A stretch of DNA of 64,000 nucleotides. Source: Peribolospora baueri (Eukaryota). The stretch spans positions 62,001-126,000 of the forward strand of contig JAMDHS010000041.1 of NCBI GenBank assembly GCA_029717555.1. The letters are read 5' to 3'. Shown piece by piece: positions 40,176 to 53,310 of this stretch (positions are counted from its first letter, which is position 1; each line of letters begins with the position of its first letter). The notes beneath the pieces are model-generated. The model saw only the letters and a list, made by a program, of their open reading frames with translations, was not told the origin of the DNA and did not search any database. The translations under genes and the position numbers were made by a program.

Positions 40176-43100
40176 TCAGACCTGATAGGGCGGGACGATG
40201 AGAGCGGGGGCCCTGTAGAGAGAAGGAGCAAGATGTACGAGTTAGTTCACCAGTCGCGCATAGCAGATCCGCAACCACTGTTCTCCGCAAACCAGCTCTA
40301 AGGAAAATTGCCTCACCTCGGCGCGTCCTCCTTTGGAGCCTTGAGCGTGCTATCATCAGCATCACCACTTTCCCCAGCACCGGCGGTAGCGCTCTCTTCC
40401 CTCGCCCCCGCATCCTCATCTACACCGGTACCGACCTTCAACCGGTCCAACAAGTCCTTCACCTCGTCCGTCGTGCCGCCCTTCATCGCCTTCCTGCTCG
40501 CCCTACGCCGCGCAGCCGTAGTAGGCGCGCCCGCGCCACCCCCCGTTTCGCTGGTGGAGGTGTACACTGTCCCTGGCGGGGCGAGCGAGTCACCCGCACC
40601 GGTGGAGTGCAATGACTGCTCCGTCGTCCCAGTCGTGTTAGGAAGATTGCGAGTCGAGGACGGTCCGCCTGTGGTGGTTGCCAGTCAAGGAACGAAGTAA
40701 GGTCGGACGTCCGAGTCCGTCAGTATCGACTTCGCTGTCCTAGGACGAAACCAGGCCCAGAGCCATGCGAGCAAGCACACCCTTGACTATTGACGGTGAC
40801 TCACCAAGGGCCTCGCGCAGGTCTTCGATACCGATTTCTCGACTGGCGTGCCTCCCACCAATGCCTGCCCCGTTTACGCTGTGGGTCTCGACGGAGGCTA
40901 AGGCAGAGGAGAGCTTGAGAAGAGGGGAAATGTCGCTGGTCCCACGAGCGCCGCCAGTATAGTCGAGAGGAGAGGTTCGCGCGACGGCTGCGCGGACGAG
41001 ACGAAGGCGGAATTGCGTATTAAAGGTGAGGATCAGTCTCATGCTTCTCGCAAAAGAAAATTTGCTGAAAGGTAAGCCTCACATTCCTTGACAGCGCTCT
41101 CGACGCTCCAATCCTTTGCGAACCACCTCTTCAACCCATCAGCCGAGAGGCCCGTCGCCTTTTGCACGCGCTCGTTCCGAATGAGGGTGTCGATAACGAG
41201 GGCGGCATCGAACATCGGGGAGCCCGTGGCAGAGGTCTCACCGTCGCGGATGAAGTCGAGCGAATCGGGGAATGCCGTAGGTTGGCCAGGCAGGGTGAGG
41301 ACAGGGGACAGGGGAGGTACCGAGGGTAGAGGGATGTTGGGGAGGGCGGAGAGGGCCTGTGTGTCGTCATATGCAAAGCTAGTGTCAGCATTACAAAACA
41401 GAAGTAGACAAGAAGACAACTTCGGAGGACGCTCTCACCTTCTGAGCGACGTCCGTTATTGGAGCGCTCTCCCACACCTGTCCAAGCTTCGCAAAGATCC
41501 TCGCAACAACCAACCTACACGTCACTCTCCTGTGCGTCTCGTGGTTCGCACCGCCGACCGGCCCGTGCCGGTCGTTTTCGCCATTCGCATGCGGCGGAGC
41601 GAGAAGTTGAGTTCCTGCGGCTCGATCGAGGGCGAAGAGCATGGGGACGAGCGTGAGTGTTGCAGGGCCGGGTAGTTCGACGACGGCAGTGGAGAGGATA
41701 TCGAGCAAGAGCGCAAAATCCATTGGCGTCGCGACGGGGGCCGGCCGGTCGGCGTCCTTGCCGTGCGGAGTCGGCGGCGAGGCGTCCCTTCGTTCGACGC
41801 GGGCGAGAACGTTGAGGACGAAGGTCCGCCGCGAGCCGTTACTAGCAACACCCTGCTTAACCTTGATGTCCTCGCGACCACCGCCCTCGTTGCTCTCGCC
41901 CGCTTTGGTGCTAGGGGACCTGCTGGGCGGGGAGCTGGTGAGGGGGAAGAGGCTATTGCTGACAGCGAGAGTGTACACGCTCGCGGCGAGGGCATGTAGA
42001 AACCGAGTAGCTTGGACGCTGCCTTCGGTCAAGGCGGCAAACGCCCGTGGTCCATTGGATGGACTATCGGCTAGGGGTGTCGTGGAGGTCGACGAGGATC
42101 GCATTATGGCAGGAATGGAGTTGGCCTCGCCGCCGCCGGGCTTACCGTTGGGGGAGGACACTGAGGCGGGCGCTACGGGCCCGTCGTTGTCTCTGACATC
42201 GCTCGACTTCAAACCATCCCTGGCCGGGACGTCGCTTCGCCCAACCCCGCCCCTTTCATCGTCGTCGATCTCATGCTCCAAAAAGGCGAGCAGAGCCTGA
42301 GCGTACGCAAGGCGGACGGCATGATTCGGCTCACAGAGCAAAGGTACTGTCTGCTGCCAGATCTCTGTCGATATCTTGTTGCGCATTCCCGCGCCAGTGA
42401 TGGCTAGGGGCGGTTCAGACCGCTCTCTGGTAGGCGTGAGAAGCGCGGGGGCTTTGCCCTTGGGAGAAATCTTGATGGTGTCGTCAATGCCAATATTGAC
42501 ATCAAGGCCCGCCTTTTCAGGATCGCTCGACTCGCCGGGGTCATTGCCGCCAGCAGCCGTCTTCACCTTTTCCTCTACCGCCATCTGCACTTCTCCGCCA
42601 CTAGCTTTGGCCGCGCTCATCACACCAGTCAAGCAAGACAGCAAAACGCGCATGGCTTCGTTGCGCTCCACCCGCTCCTTATCCGTCGGCGAGCTCTCCG
42701 AGCTGTCCTGTCCATCGATGTCCTCCCTGTAAAGGACTGGGCTGAGCTGAATGTCCGTGATGCGCTCGGACACCTCCTCCGCCACGTCGCTAATCTGGTC
42801 AGCGTAGTAGACATGCGTGCCCAAACCGCTCACGGCGCGCGAGAGCGGGGGCAACAGAGCGTCCTGGACATCGACCTTGATGCGGCGGATGACAACGTTG
42901 ATCAGGACGTTGAGCACATCCGACGTACTGAGTCCAACGAGCGAAATCTCGCGACTTGTGAGCAGGGTGGTGATCATATCGAGGAGCGTGCTGTGCTTGG
43001 ATGTTGTGGGAATGTCCGGCAGCGCGGCCAGGGCGGAGATCAAAGTGGAAAGCACTACGAAACGGTAGGGCAGCTGAGCGAAATGGGCGAGCGTCTCGGC

Positions 43101-44579
43101 CAGCCAGCCACACCATTCCGCGTTCGCCCAGGGTCCGGCCCTGTTGGCGGTGACGGCTTTTGCCCTGTCCGAGTCCATCCAGGCGATGACAAGCTCGGTA
43201 GCCTCACCGACTTGAATCGCATTGGCTTGGCGATAGAGCGTCTGAAAGGCGTTAATGGCGGACGAGGCCACATCTTCGTTGGAGGGACCTTTCTCTCCTG
43301 TGACATGCACGTTGATAGACGGGGCACGACGAATAGACAGAGGTCGGCGGCGGGATTGGAATTCCGGAAAAGAAGGCGCCTGAGGCTCGCCGCGCCTGGA
43401 CCTGTTCAAGGGAAGAATAGCCATGGGTTACACTCAAGTAGATGCCCTCGGAGCAGCGAGAGCATTGATCCAACTGAGGACACGTACTCGCTCCGCAAAA
43501 AGTCTAATGTTACCTCTTTGTCGAGGATGTTCTCTAAAAGAGCCGGGAGAATGGTCGAAGACTGTCGCTTGAAATCAATGGTGAAAAGAGCATCGCTCGC
43601 CACTGCTCCAGATAGGGCTCCCAGACCAATGAGACGAGTACTGGAAAACATTGGCAGGGTATTGTATGGTCGATCAGTGTGGTCCGGGACGTGCGCAAAG
43701 GGCACCTAAATAACATGCTTCTCACCGGTTTCGAGTTTCCAGATCGCCTTCTTCGGCCTTCTCAGAGGAAGCATTGGTGCCTCCGCCGCCGGCAGCTCCC
43801 CGTCCTCGAGCCGGCTCGGTGGAAAGGTCTGCAAACCTATGAAGGAGCTTGACATAGTCCCCCGAGAAGGTGTTATCGACGGACACCGTGGACGGGTCGA
43901 GGAAGGTAGAGAGCGCATAAAACTGGCGACGAGAAGCGTGGTTAGAGTTGAGCGGGCGTACTAAACATGACCAGCAAGACGATTTTGCGCTCTTCGAGAA
44001 CACTCACGCAACCAGCGGCCTTGGCAGTCACATCGAGATCCCGACCCCCGACGGTCGCCGCTTGACCGGAGATGGACGGTCCTGCGCGCGCAGAAAGCGC
44101 AGCGTCGACGATGGAAAGCGCAGGACGAGCAATATAGCTGATCGAGCGCCGACATTCAGTGATCAGATGCTTGAGGATGGAGAGGGTGATGATGAGTCCG
44201 CTGGCAAGGGCACCGGAGCCGACGGTTGGACGGGAGACCGTTAGAAGCGAGAAGCATGACACACGGAGCCGTGGAAAACCTTGACAGTCACTATTTTCAG
44301 GCCGCCTTGGGTCTGTAGACTCTCTCTCTCTCATACTCACCCCTTAGCCTTGACGCCTTTGCTCCCGCCCGCCGCCAAAGCTCTGGCGTCCTTCTGTGCC
44401 CTCTCCTCAAGCACCTGACCAAGCTTAGGCAGTTTGGCGGGCTTGTTGCTGGCATAGTAGGTCAGGCGAGAAAGCTCGGACGAGCTCGGCTTCCAGTCTG
44501 GGCTGGCCTGGAGGAGGATCTTGGGGGGCGGATAGCACTCGAGGACGAGGCGCCTGTGATTCTTGGTCGGAATACACAT
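40176..44579 (-). CDS. EFR3: Protein EFR3 (plasma-membrane Stt4/PI4KA scaffold)
   Basis: N-terminus MCIPTKNHRRLVLECYPP...SSELSRLTYYASNKPAKLPKLG; SLVGLSTSDVL; LGTHVYYADQISD; late EIGIEDLREAL and DEVKDLLDRLKV; last exon RAPALIVPPYQV*. Multiple introns. Confidence 0.92.
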
Positions 44580-45060
44580 TGATCCGATCGCGTTTGCGCT
44601 CGAGGCGGGTGACGTGGGATGCTGCTGGCGAAGGGCGAAATCGAGCAAGGGGAAATAAGGGCTTCTGCTGTGGGTCGGCTTTCAGGCTCGGCAAGAGATC
44701 ATAGTCTGAGAGGTAAGGATCAACATGGCGGAGCTCAGGACACGGACAACCCGGTCTCGCTGCCCCCACGGAGCGAGCGGGGAGTCGAGCGTGACCAACC
44801 TTCCCGCCCAAGACACGTCCACGTGCGCGTGAGAAGGTCGGAGATAGGCGGACAAGGGGGATGGCGCAGGAGTGATCGGAGCGAACGACATGTGCGTAGA
44901 GACGGAAGGACAGCCAACATCCACCCATCCACCGCTTGAGACTGGTCATCAATCGCCTGTCGTCTTTCCACCATCCTCCTTCTGTCGTCGTTTCTTCTGG
45001 CCTCTACTTTTCATTCTGTTGTACCTCTCACCCGGACCGATTTGACATCCCCTTTTCGAA

Positions 45061-48000
45061 ATGGCTACCGCTATGAAGGTGGACGACGAAAACATCGACG
45101 AGGGTCTCTACTCTCGCCAGCTGTGCGTCGGCCCCTTCTTTGACGTTTCGTTCCCGCTTCGTTCCTTGCCTGCGTAGAAAGAGCGTGCTTATTCTTTTTC
45201 TTTCTCTTGTTATTCTTTCAGATACGTGCTCGGCCACGATGCCATGAAGCGCATGGCCGTGAGCAACGTCCTCGTTGTCGGTCTTAAGGGCCTCGGTGCT
45301 GAGATCGGTGAGTGGCGACGAGGTGCAAACGCTCGGCTGTCATAACCGTTTCTCATCCCTTTTCTTCTGCTTTTTTACATTAGCCAAGAACATTGCTCTT
45401 GCTGGCGTCAAGTCTGTCACTCTCTTCGACCCTGCCCCCGTTGCCATCTCCGACCTCTCCACCCAGTTCTTCCTCCGTCCTTCTGACATCGGCAAACCGC
45501 GCGCAGATGCCACCGCGCCGAGGTTGGCCGAGTTGAACACTTACGTCCCTGTGCGAGTGCTCCAGGAGGAATCCTTGACGCCGGAGGTTTTGGCCCGCTT
45601 CGAGGTGAGCACGGCTCAATGCCAGCACAGTTCGATCGTGCCTGCTTGCTGTCGGTGGCACCTATCTCACATACTCCTCGTCTTCAATTTGCGTTGATCA
45701 GGTTGTAGTGCTCACAGATGTGGACACGTCGAGACAACTGGAGATCAACGACTGGACGCATGGGACCAGGACGAAGTTCATCAGCGCCGACGTGCGAGGA
45801 TTATTTGGGTACGTCTTCCTTCACCTCTGTGATAACCGCGCAGTCGCTGCCTATGGTGCGGAGGATTGAATATTGTATCATGTTCCACTTCGTAGGTCGG
45901 TCTTCACCGATTTCGGCCCGGAGTTTCCAGTCATCGACCCAACAGGCGAGAACCCCCTAAGTGGCATGGTGACCTCGATCGAGCAGGAGTCTGATGCTCT
46001 TGTCACAACCTTGGACGAGACGCGGCACGGACTCGAAGATGGTGACTATGTCACATTTTCAGAGGTCAAGGGTATGGAGGAGGCGAATAACTGCGCTCCG
46101 CGCAAAGTGTCTGTGAAGGGTGAGCATTTACTCCCGATGGCGCGACGTTTCGAAACGGCCTGCTGATCAGCGCGTTGGACCTCACCACCAAAGGACCATA
46201 CACGTTTACCATTGGCGACACGTCCGGTTGGAGCCCGTACAAGAGTGGCGGTATCTTCACACAGGTCAAGGTGCCGAAGGTGATCGACTTTGTGAGTATC
46301 TCAAGTCCCACGCCAGACGTCAGCTATAGTGCTTAGTGGTGACATTTTACTCGTTCTTCTAGAAACCCCTGAGGGAGTCCTTGAAGTCCCCAGAGATCCT
46401 TATGACCGATTTCGCAAAATTCGACCGACCTCCTACCCTGCATGCCGGTTTCCAAGCTCTATCTGCTTTCCGCGAAGCGACCGGGCGGCTCCCAGCGCCG
46501 CGCTCAGATGCGGACGCCGCCCAGATCATTTCTCTGGCGAAGCAAATCCACACCCAGGCGCAGGGTGAAGGGGAGCTTGATGAGAACGTTTTAAAGCAGC
46601 TCGCCTACCAAGCTATGGGCGACCTGTCCCCCATGGTTGCGGTGATCGGTGGGTTCGTCGCCCAGGAGGTGCTGAAGGCCTGCTCTGGCAAGTTCCACCC
46701 GCTGGTACAGCACCTTTATTTCGACGCCCTCGAGGCCCTACCTGTCAAGGTAGCGGCTGGCGAGGTTCCTGCCGAGGACTTCCAGCCTATTGGATCGCGG
46801 TACGACGGTCAGATCGTCGTCTTCGGAAAGGAGTTCCAGAGCAAGATTGCGGACTATCGTCAATTCCTCGTAGGCTCTGGTGCCATCGGATGTGAGATGC
46901 TGAAGAACTGGAGTATGATGGGCCTCGCTTCCGGCCCCAAGGGTCAGATTCACGTCACGGACATGGACCAGATAGAGAAGAGCAATCTCAACCGCCAGTT
47001 CTTGTTCCGCCCCAAGGACGTCGGTAGCTTCAAAGCTGACACCGCTGCTGCTGCCGTCGCGGACATGAACTATGACCTCAAGGGCAAGATTAAGAGCTAC
47101 CAGAATCGCGTCGGCCAGGAAACGGAGGGTGAGCGTCTTTTTTTGTGAGGTTGGAATGGGCGACCAGAGGCCTGATATCGTGTTCGCTTCCAGACATTTA
47201 CGGTGACAAGTTCTTTGCCAACCTCGATTGCGTGACCAACGCGCTCGACAACGTCGCTGCTCGTCAATACATGGACCGGCGCTGTGTTTACTACGAGAAG
47301 CCTCTGCTCGAGTCTGGCACACTTGGTACCAAGGCCAACACGCAGGTGAGTTTGCTTTTTTTTTTTGTCTCTGTCCCGTCTCGATGTCCAGCGAGACGGA
47401 GCCGCCGCAACTCACCTTTGCTGATAAACTGCCGCAGGTCGTCATCCCGCACCTTACGGAGTCGTATTCCTCATCGCAAGACCCGCCCGAGAAGTCCATC
47501 CCCGTGTGCACGCTGAAAAACTTCCCCAACGCGATTGAGCACACTATCCAGTGGGGCCGCGAGCTCTTCGACGAGTACTTCGTAAAGCCTGCGGAGACAG
47601 TCAACCTCTATCTCTCTACTCCCAACTTCGTCGAGGGCACGCTCAAACAGTCCGGCGATCCTAAGGGCCAGTTGGACCAGATCAAGAGCTACCTCGTGGA
47701 CCAAAAACCTATCTCGTTCCAGGAGTGCATCGTTTGGGCGAGGCTCAAATTTGAGGAGAACTACAACAACACGATCAGGCAGTTGCTGTTCTCTCTTCCC
47801 AAGGACGCCGTGAGTTCTGCGCTTTTGTCTTCTGTCACCGATCACACTTCGCGCGGCTGACGTCAGTTCTGTTCTTCATCTGCTCTTACACAGGTCACCT
47901 CTTCGGGTCAACCCTTCTGGGCTGGTCCTAAGCGAGCTCCGGATCCGATCACCTTCGATCCTGAGGATGTGAGTTGCATTACCCCGCTTCGATTTGCCTT

Positions 48001-49417
48001 CCATATTTCCCCTTATGCGGCTCCTCACATGCCCGATCATCTTCTTCCAGCCCCTCCATCTTGACTTTGTCATCGCAGCTGCGAACTTGCACGCCTACAA
48101 TTATGGCCTCAAGGGCGAGATCGACTCGGCGCTCTTCAAGAAAGTCCTCGCTGATGTCATCGTACCAGAGTTCGCTCCGAAGTCAGGTGTCAAAGTCCAG
48201 GTGAACGAGAATGAGACGCCGGGGAACGGCAACGAGAACGTCGGTGAGTATTCAGACTTAACTTGGACTAATGGTACTAGCGTGTCTCTTCAGTTGCCCG
48301 ATGGTTTTGGGCATGCTAGCTGACTTGGTGTCTCCCGGTTCTTTGACTGACAGACGATGATGCCATTGCGAACCTCGCCGCTGCCCTCCCTCAACCATCT
48401 GCCGTCGCCGGCTACCGTTTAACGCCGATCGAGTTCGAGAAGGACGACGATACCAACTTCCACATGGATTTCATCACCGCCGCAAGCAACCTGCGTGCCA
48501 TCAACTACGGCATCACGCCCGCTGACCGCCACAAGACCAAGTTCATCGCGGGTAAGATTATTCCCGCCATCGCAACCACCACTTCGCTTGCTACGGGACT
48601 GGTCTGCATCGAGCTTTACAAGGTGAGGTTTCCTCGCACTTTGCAGACTGTGGCGATCGGAGGAAATCGAAGCTGATTGCGTGTCCATTGCAACGGCACC
48701 AACACGGTGTAGGTCATTGACGGCAAGAACAAAGTGGAGGATTATCAGAACGGGTTCGTCAACCTCGCCCTGCCGTTCTTCGCCTTCTCGGACCCGATCG
48801 CAGCGCCGCGCATGAAGTACAATGATACGGAGTGGACCTTGTGGGACCGCTTTGAGATCAATGAGGATGTCACGCTCAGGGAATTCATCGACTGGTTCCA
48901 GAAGGAGCATCAGCTCGAGGGTGAGCTCAACGTTTGAAGGGAGATATCTGCCACAGAAGCCCTCGAACCTGACGATGCGTTTCTTCCATTACCCTCTCCG
49001 CAGTCACGATGTTGAGCTCTGGTGTGTCGATGCTCTATGGCTTCCTGTCCAAGAAGAAGCTTGAAGAGAGACTCAAGATGCGCATGTCCCAGCTCGTCGA
49101 GACGGTTTCTAAGAGTGCGCACCCGTACCCTTTTTGCGTATCCTGTCATCCCTGAGCAGCCTCTCGGGGGGCGGGGCTGGAGCTGTTACTGACCTGTCCG
49201 TTCTTAATTTGGTCCGAATCGAAAGAGGCCATCCCGCCGCACGTCAAGGCGTTGCTCGTGGAGGTCATGGTGAACGACAGAGAGGGCGAAGACGTCGAAG
49301 TGCCCTTCGTGAAGGTGAGCTTCCTGAGGCGCTTCCATTTTTGGTAGGACCGCTTGAGAGGCGTCCTATAACCATCCGGAATCTTTCCTTCCTTCGATCA
49401 AGGTCAACATCCGTTGA
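45061..49417 (+). CDS. UBA1: Ubiquitin-activating enzyme E1
   Basis: [49 protein letters not shown], catalytic [32 protein letters not shown], and a UFD ending [11 protein letters not shown]. About 15 introns. Confidence 0.98.
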
Positions 49418-50023
49418 GGACTTCGCGCATCGCATGCGCTCCCTCTCATACCTCGTACCGTCTCGTCAGCACCCGCCGCTCGTCCGCTCGCTCATAATGC
49501 TCGTGCGGCCTGTATCCATGTCATGGACCCTCACAATGAGATAGTATATTGATTGTCCATCGTTGAAGGAGCAAGCTTTCGTGCGCGCTTGTAATTCGTT
49601 GCAGCTGCTGCGGCGCATTGCTCTTGCTTGCACGCCGGATCTGAAGATGTTCATTAGCGAGCAGAGCCGCGTCGCGGAGGGGTAACAGAAGAGGAAGGAG
49701 AAAAGGGGATGGGATGAGAAAGAAGTACGGTCATGTCTTCCTTTGCATGGCGGGTCTCACCATCGCGACGAGACTGCGTTCCCATCCCGAAAAGTAGCTT
49801 GCGTCGTCTCCGTTCAAGTCTACTTGCGCCGGGCAAGCTGTTGGAGGACGTTGGGACACATTTGCGAGTGAGTGACATGTGACCGTCGCCGACTCATTCA
49901 AGTGATGATCACAAGACACCAAATGCCGCCCTCCAATATTAATATTAAAGCGAACGGCCCGATCGGGGCGGATGGATGGACTTGCTGTCCCTGCTCTCGT
50001 CCTCTCGCTATAGCTACTTACTG

Positions 50024-50091
50024 GACGACGACAACGACAACGACGACCGCCACCATCACCACCACCACCACCATTGCCACCACCGTCACCG
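50024..50091 (+). repeat. Degenerate (GAC/AAC)n(CAC)n trinucleotide tract upstream of the NTF2-like gene
   Basis: gacgacgacaacgacaacgacgaccgccaccatcaccaccaccaccaccattgccaccaccgtcacc seen directly. Confidence 0.85.
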
Positions 50092-50203
50092 CACCCATCT
50101 GACGCGGCACGGCTTCGTTGATTTTAATGCAACCCCTCCCGGACACCAATCATAGCACGATCCGGCCTACCTTCCTCCGCGTGTCTCAAAAACGACGCCG
50201 ATA

Positions 50204-52871
50204 ATGACGACCTCGGTCTCCTCCCTTTCTACCTCCAGCAGCGACGCTCATCTTTCCTCTGTCAGCCAGGGACCCTCCTCGCCCACCTCCGCTCGCACCC
50301 CGCGTCCCCGCCCTCGCCGCCATCTGTCCGCTTACGACGCGCGCTCACCGCTGTTTGGCACCGGCACACAGAGAGCAGTTGACGCACCGTCTTCCGCCTC
50401 TTCCTCCGTCGGCTCTTCCGCCATCTACGTAGACGGCGCACGAAAGGCCACAACGGCGGCGACGAACGCGGCCGACTCGAGCGACGACGCCAGCGCGGTC
50501 ACCGCCCGGGACAAGCACGCGCTCTCATCCAGAGGTGTGCAGACGTTCCCTCCGCTTCGCATCGACATCCCCGGCCCACCTCCTCCGCCTCATCCTCCCC
50601 ACCAACATCAGCACGTCTGGGGAAGCATGACCTCTTTCTGGGGCCCCTCCATGAGCCCGTATCCTCTTCCCGCCGGCTCCAACATCCGACGGACGCCCAG
50701 CACGCCGTCGCTCTCCACCTCCATAATCCCCTTCCCTCACGCCTCCCAGCCTTCCTCCTCCTCTTCGAGCTTGTACCAGGCTCCACTGCCAGTCTCTGTT
50801 CCGCCGCCTCGGTTGACGCCCATCATCTCTCCCGACGCTCGTCCTCCCGCCGCCGAGACAAATGTAGACGAGCCCAGGACCGAGACGCCATACATGCACC
50901 CCCGTGCCTCTGCTTCTGACTACGTGGGAGGTCAGGACCCGTCGTCCAAGCCTGCCGGCCACTCGTGGCGCAACCCACAGGCGCCACACGTGGACCAGCA
51001 GTCGCCATACGTGTATCGGCAGGAGGAAGGACCGGACACGAGCGGTCATATGGGCGATGACATGTATCGAAGCGGCCCGCCGAGCCCTACGACGCTCACG
51101 GACGTGCTGCTCGAGATTCACGAGACGCTCTACGGCGGGGCAGCGGCCAGGACGAAGGAGGAGATTGAGGAGATGTTGTCGAGATTCTATGAGCAGGATG
51201 CGGGTGAGTCTTCACGGCATGGCCTCCGCTCCTCGGGGTAGCCTCCGCACGTTACCCGTCGGCAGTTTCCTCCCTTCGCAACTGGCGGTTAACCATGACC
51301 AATCCATCTTTCCCGGCGTCCGCCCAGTCTTTGAAAACCCACTGCTAACCGCGCTCGGCAGGGATAAGATCGCGGACCAATTCGTTCTCGCTTTCTCTCT
51401 GCCCGCTGACGCCTTTTCCGTGCTCACCGACATCAGTTGCAGCGAGTTTACGTTCGGTGAGCGCCGTTCCTCCCTTTCGAAGCACCGAAGCGGACAGCTC
51501 TGACCTGACCGAGATGCATATCCGTCTTCGTTCGCATCTCTCAGACGGCTTCCGTTCAGGGATCATCGACCATACGCTCTACATCTCCTTTGTTCCTTCA
51601 CTTCACGACCAAGGCTTTTCCCCACATATGAGCGCCGGAGGGCACACTCCAATGTCATCCTACTCCACCGCCGCTCCCAATAATCCACTCCTAAAAGCCG
51701 CCTCCTACCTCGACGCCTCCATCAAGCCGGGCGAACCGTCCGGACCAGCTCATGGGAAGGGCACCTTCGGCTCCTCGACTTGGTTTTCCCACCTTCCCTT
51801 CCGGAGTCGGTGGCTGGCGAACTCGAGAGAGTCGCTCATAAGCGCCGTCGGTCCTCCAGAGTCTCCGTCGGGTTACTTCTCCTTCGGAGAACGCTCTGCC
51901 GGTCCCAATACGCTCACCGCGCTCCTTTGGCCGCTCCTCCACCCGCGCTCTATGCTGAGGGAACTGACCACCATACGGATCAGGCTGTTGAGTCGCTTGG
52001 AGTTCAACGAGCGCGGAAAGGTCACTCGGCACGAGGACACTTGGGGCATCAGGGAGATCATCGAGGGCATGGTGCCGTTCGGAGCTACTGGTGAGCGACA
52101 TTGGTCAGAGAGGCTCAGAACACGGCAACGGAAGGACTGGCCTCGACATTTATCTCTTCATCCTTCCATTCGCCAGTGTACTCCATCAACAGACGGATCG
52201 CCGGCGTCCTCACGTCCTGGGCTGCGACCTCAGGTCTCTCCCTCGCCAACCGCATCCTACGGCGCTCGCAATCGACCAGAGATCTCGGCTCCCGACCCGC
52301 CTACATCCCGACGCACCTACCTTCAGCCTCCGCCCCCGCCCCCGCCGGCTTTACAACTCCCCACCGGGCCACCTCTCCGCTCCTCTCCCCCGCTTGTCCC
52401 GTCTCTAGATCCCCCGCTCGGTCGCGCAGTCAGACCATGGCGTTCTCGAACGAGCAGTATTACAGTTTGAGCACCAAGGCGGCCGGCGGGAGCAAGGCCG
52501 CTAGCCCACTATATTCCAGGTTCAAGGGCGGCCTCAGTTGGCCGGGTTCCGGGATCGGAGCACCTGGAGGCGGCTCTGGGAGCGGAGGTGGAGTTGGTGC
52601 GGGGAACGTAGGCCAGGGGACGCACCAGCAACAGTTGAGCTCGCACGCCGCCGCTGGACCTGGCCCTGGCGCTGTCTCCATTAACGCACTGGGGCTCGAC
52701 CCGTCCTACATGGTACATCCTTTTTATGACGCCCCCTCCTCTTCCGCTCTCGCGGCCGCCGGAAGTCGAGATGGGGATCCGCCTGGCCAAGCACCACTTG
52801 ACCAGGACGAGGAAGTGGACGTGGATAGCCAAGACGGCGAAGGTATCATAGTCGGGACTCACGTCGCTTGA
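50204..52871 (+). CDS. Uncharacterised protein with an NTF2/SnoaL-like domain flanked by disordered regions
   Basis: Spliced core: MLSRFYEQDAVFENPLLTALGRDKIADQF...GIIDHTLYISF...IRLLSRLEFNERGKVTRHEDTWG. The 'Y..DAVFENP...GR..I' and 'LEFN..GKV..HED.W' patterns are typical of SnoaL-like folds. Three introns. Confidence 0.75.
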
Positions 52872-53310
52872 GCCGGCGCGAGGTTGGCAGCATGCGTCGC
52901 ATCTGCTCCAGCGCGGCGTGTGGTGCGTGTGCGTCGTCAGTCATTTGTTAGCTCCGTCCGCCGGCGTCTTGCTTCGTCCTTGCATCTGTTATCAGCTAGC
53001 TATGTATCTGTCCCTTGCCCAACGATGTCCTATTGCCATGTACGATAGCGTGCTCCAGTGCAGGTGCTACATCCAGCCGATCATTCGGTCCTGAAGAGAT
53101 GCTCGAATGGGTTATCTCTGTATTCCAAGGAAACGCTGCTGTCTTCTTCATAACATGGAACTCCTGACGACAAGGACGCTTGGCTTAGGTGATCGAAGGG
53201 ATCGGATCGATCGACTTCTCAAAAATCGCCCCATGTCTCACGCCGCTCCTTGCCATCATCGACCCAGCTAGCTGGTGTGCTCCAGACGAAGAGCAACATT
53301 CACACTCGGT

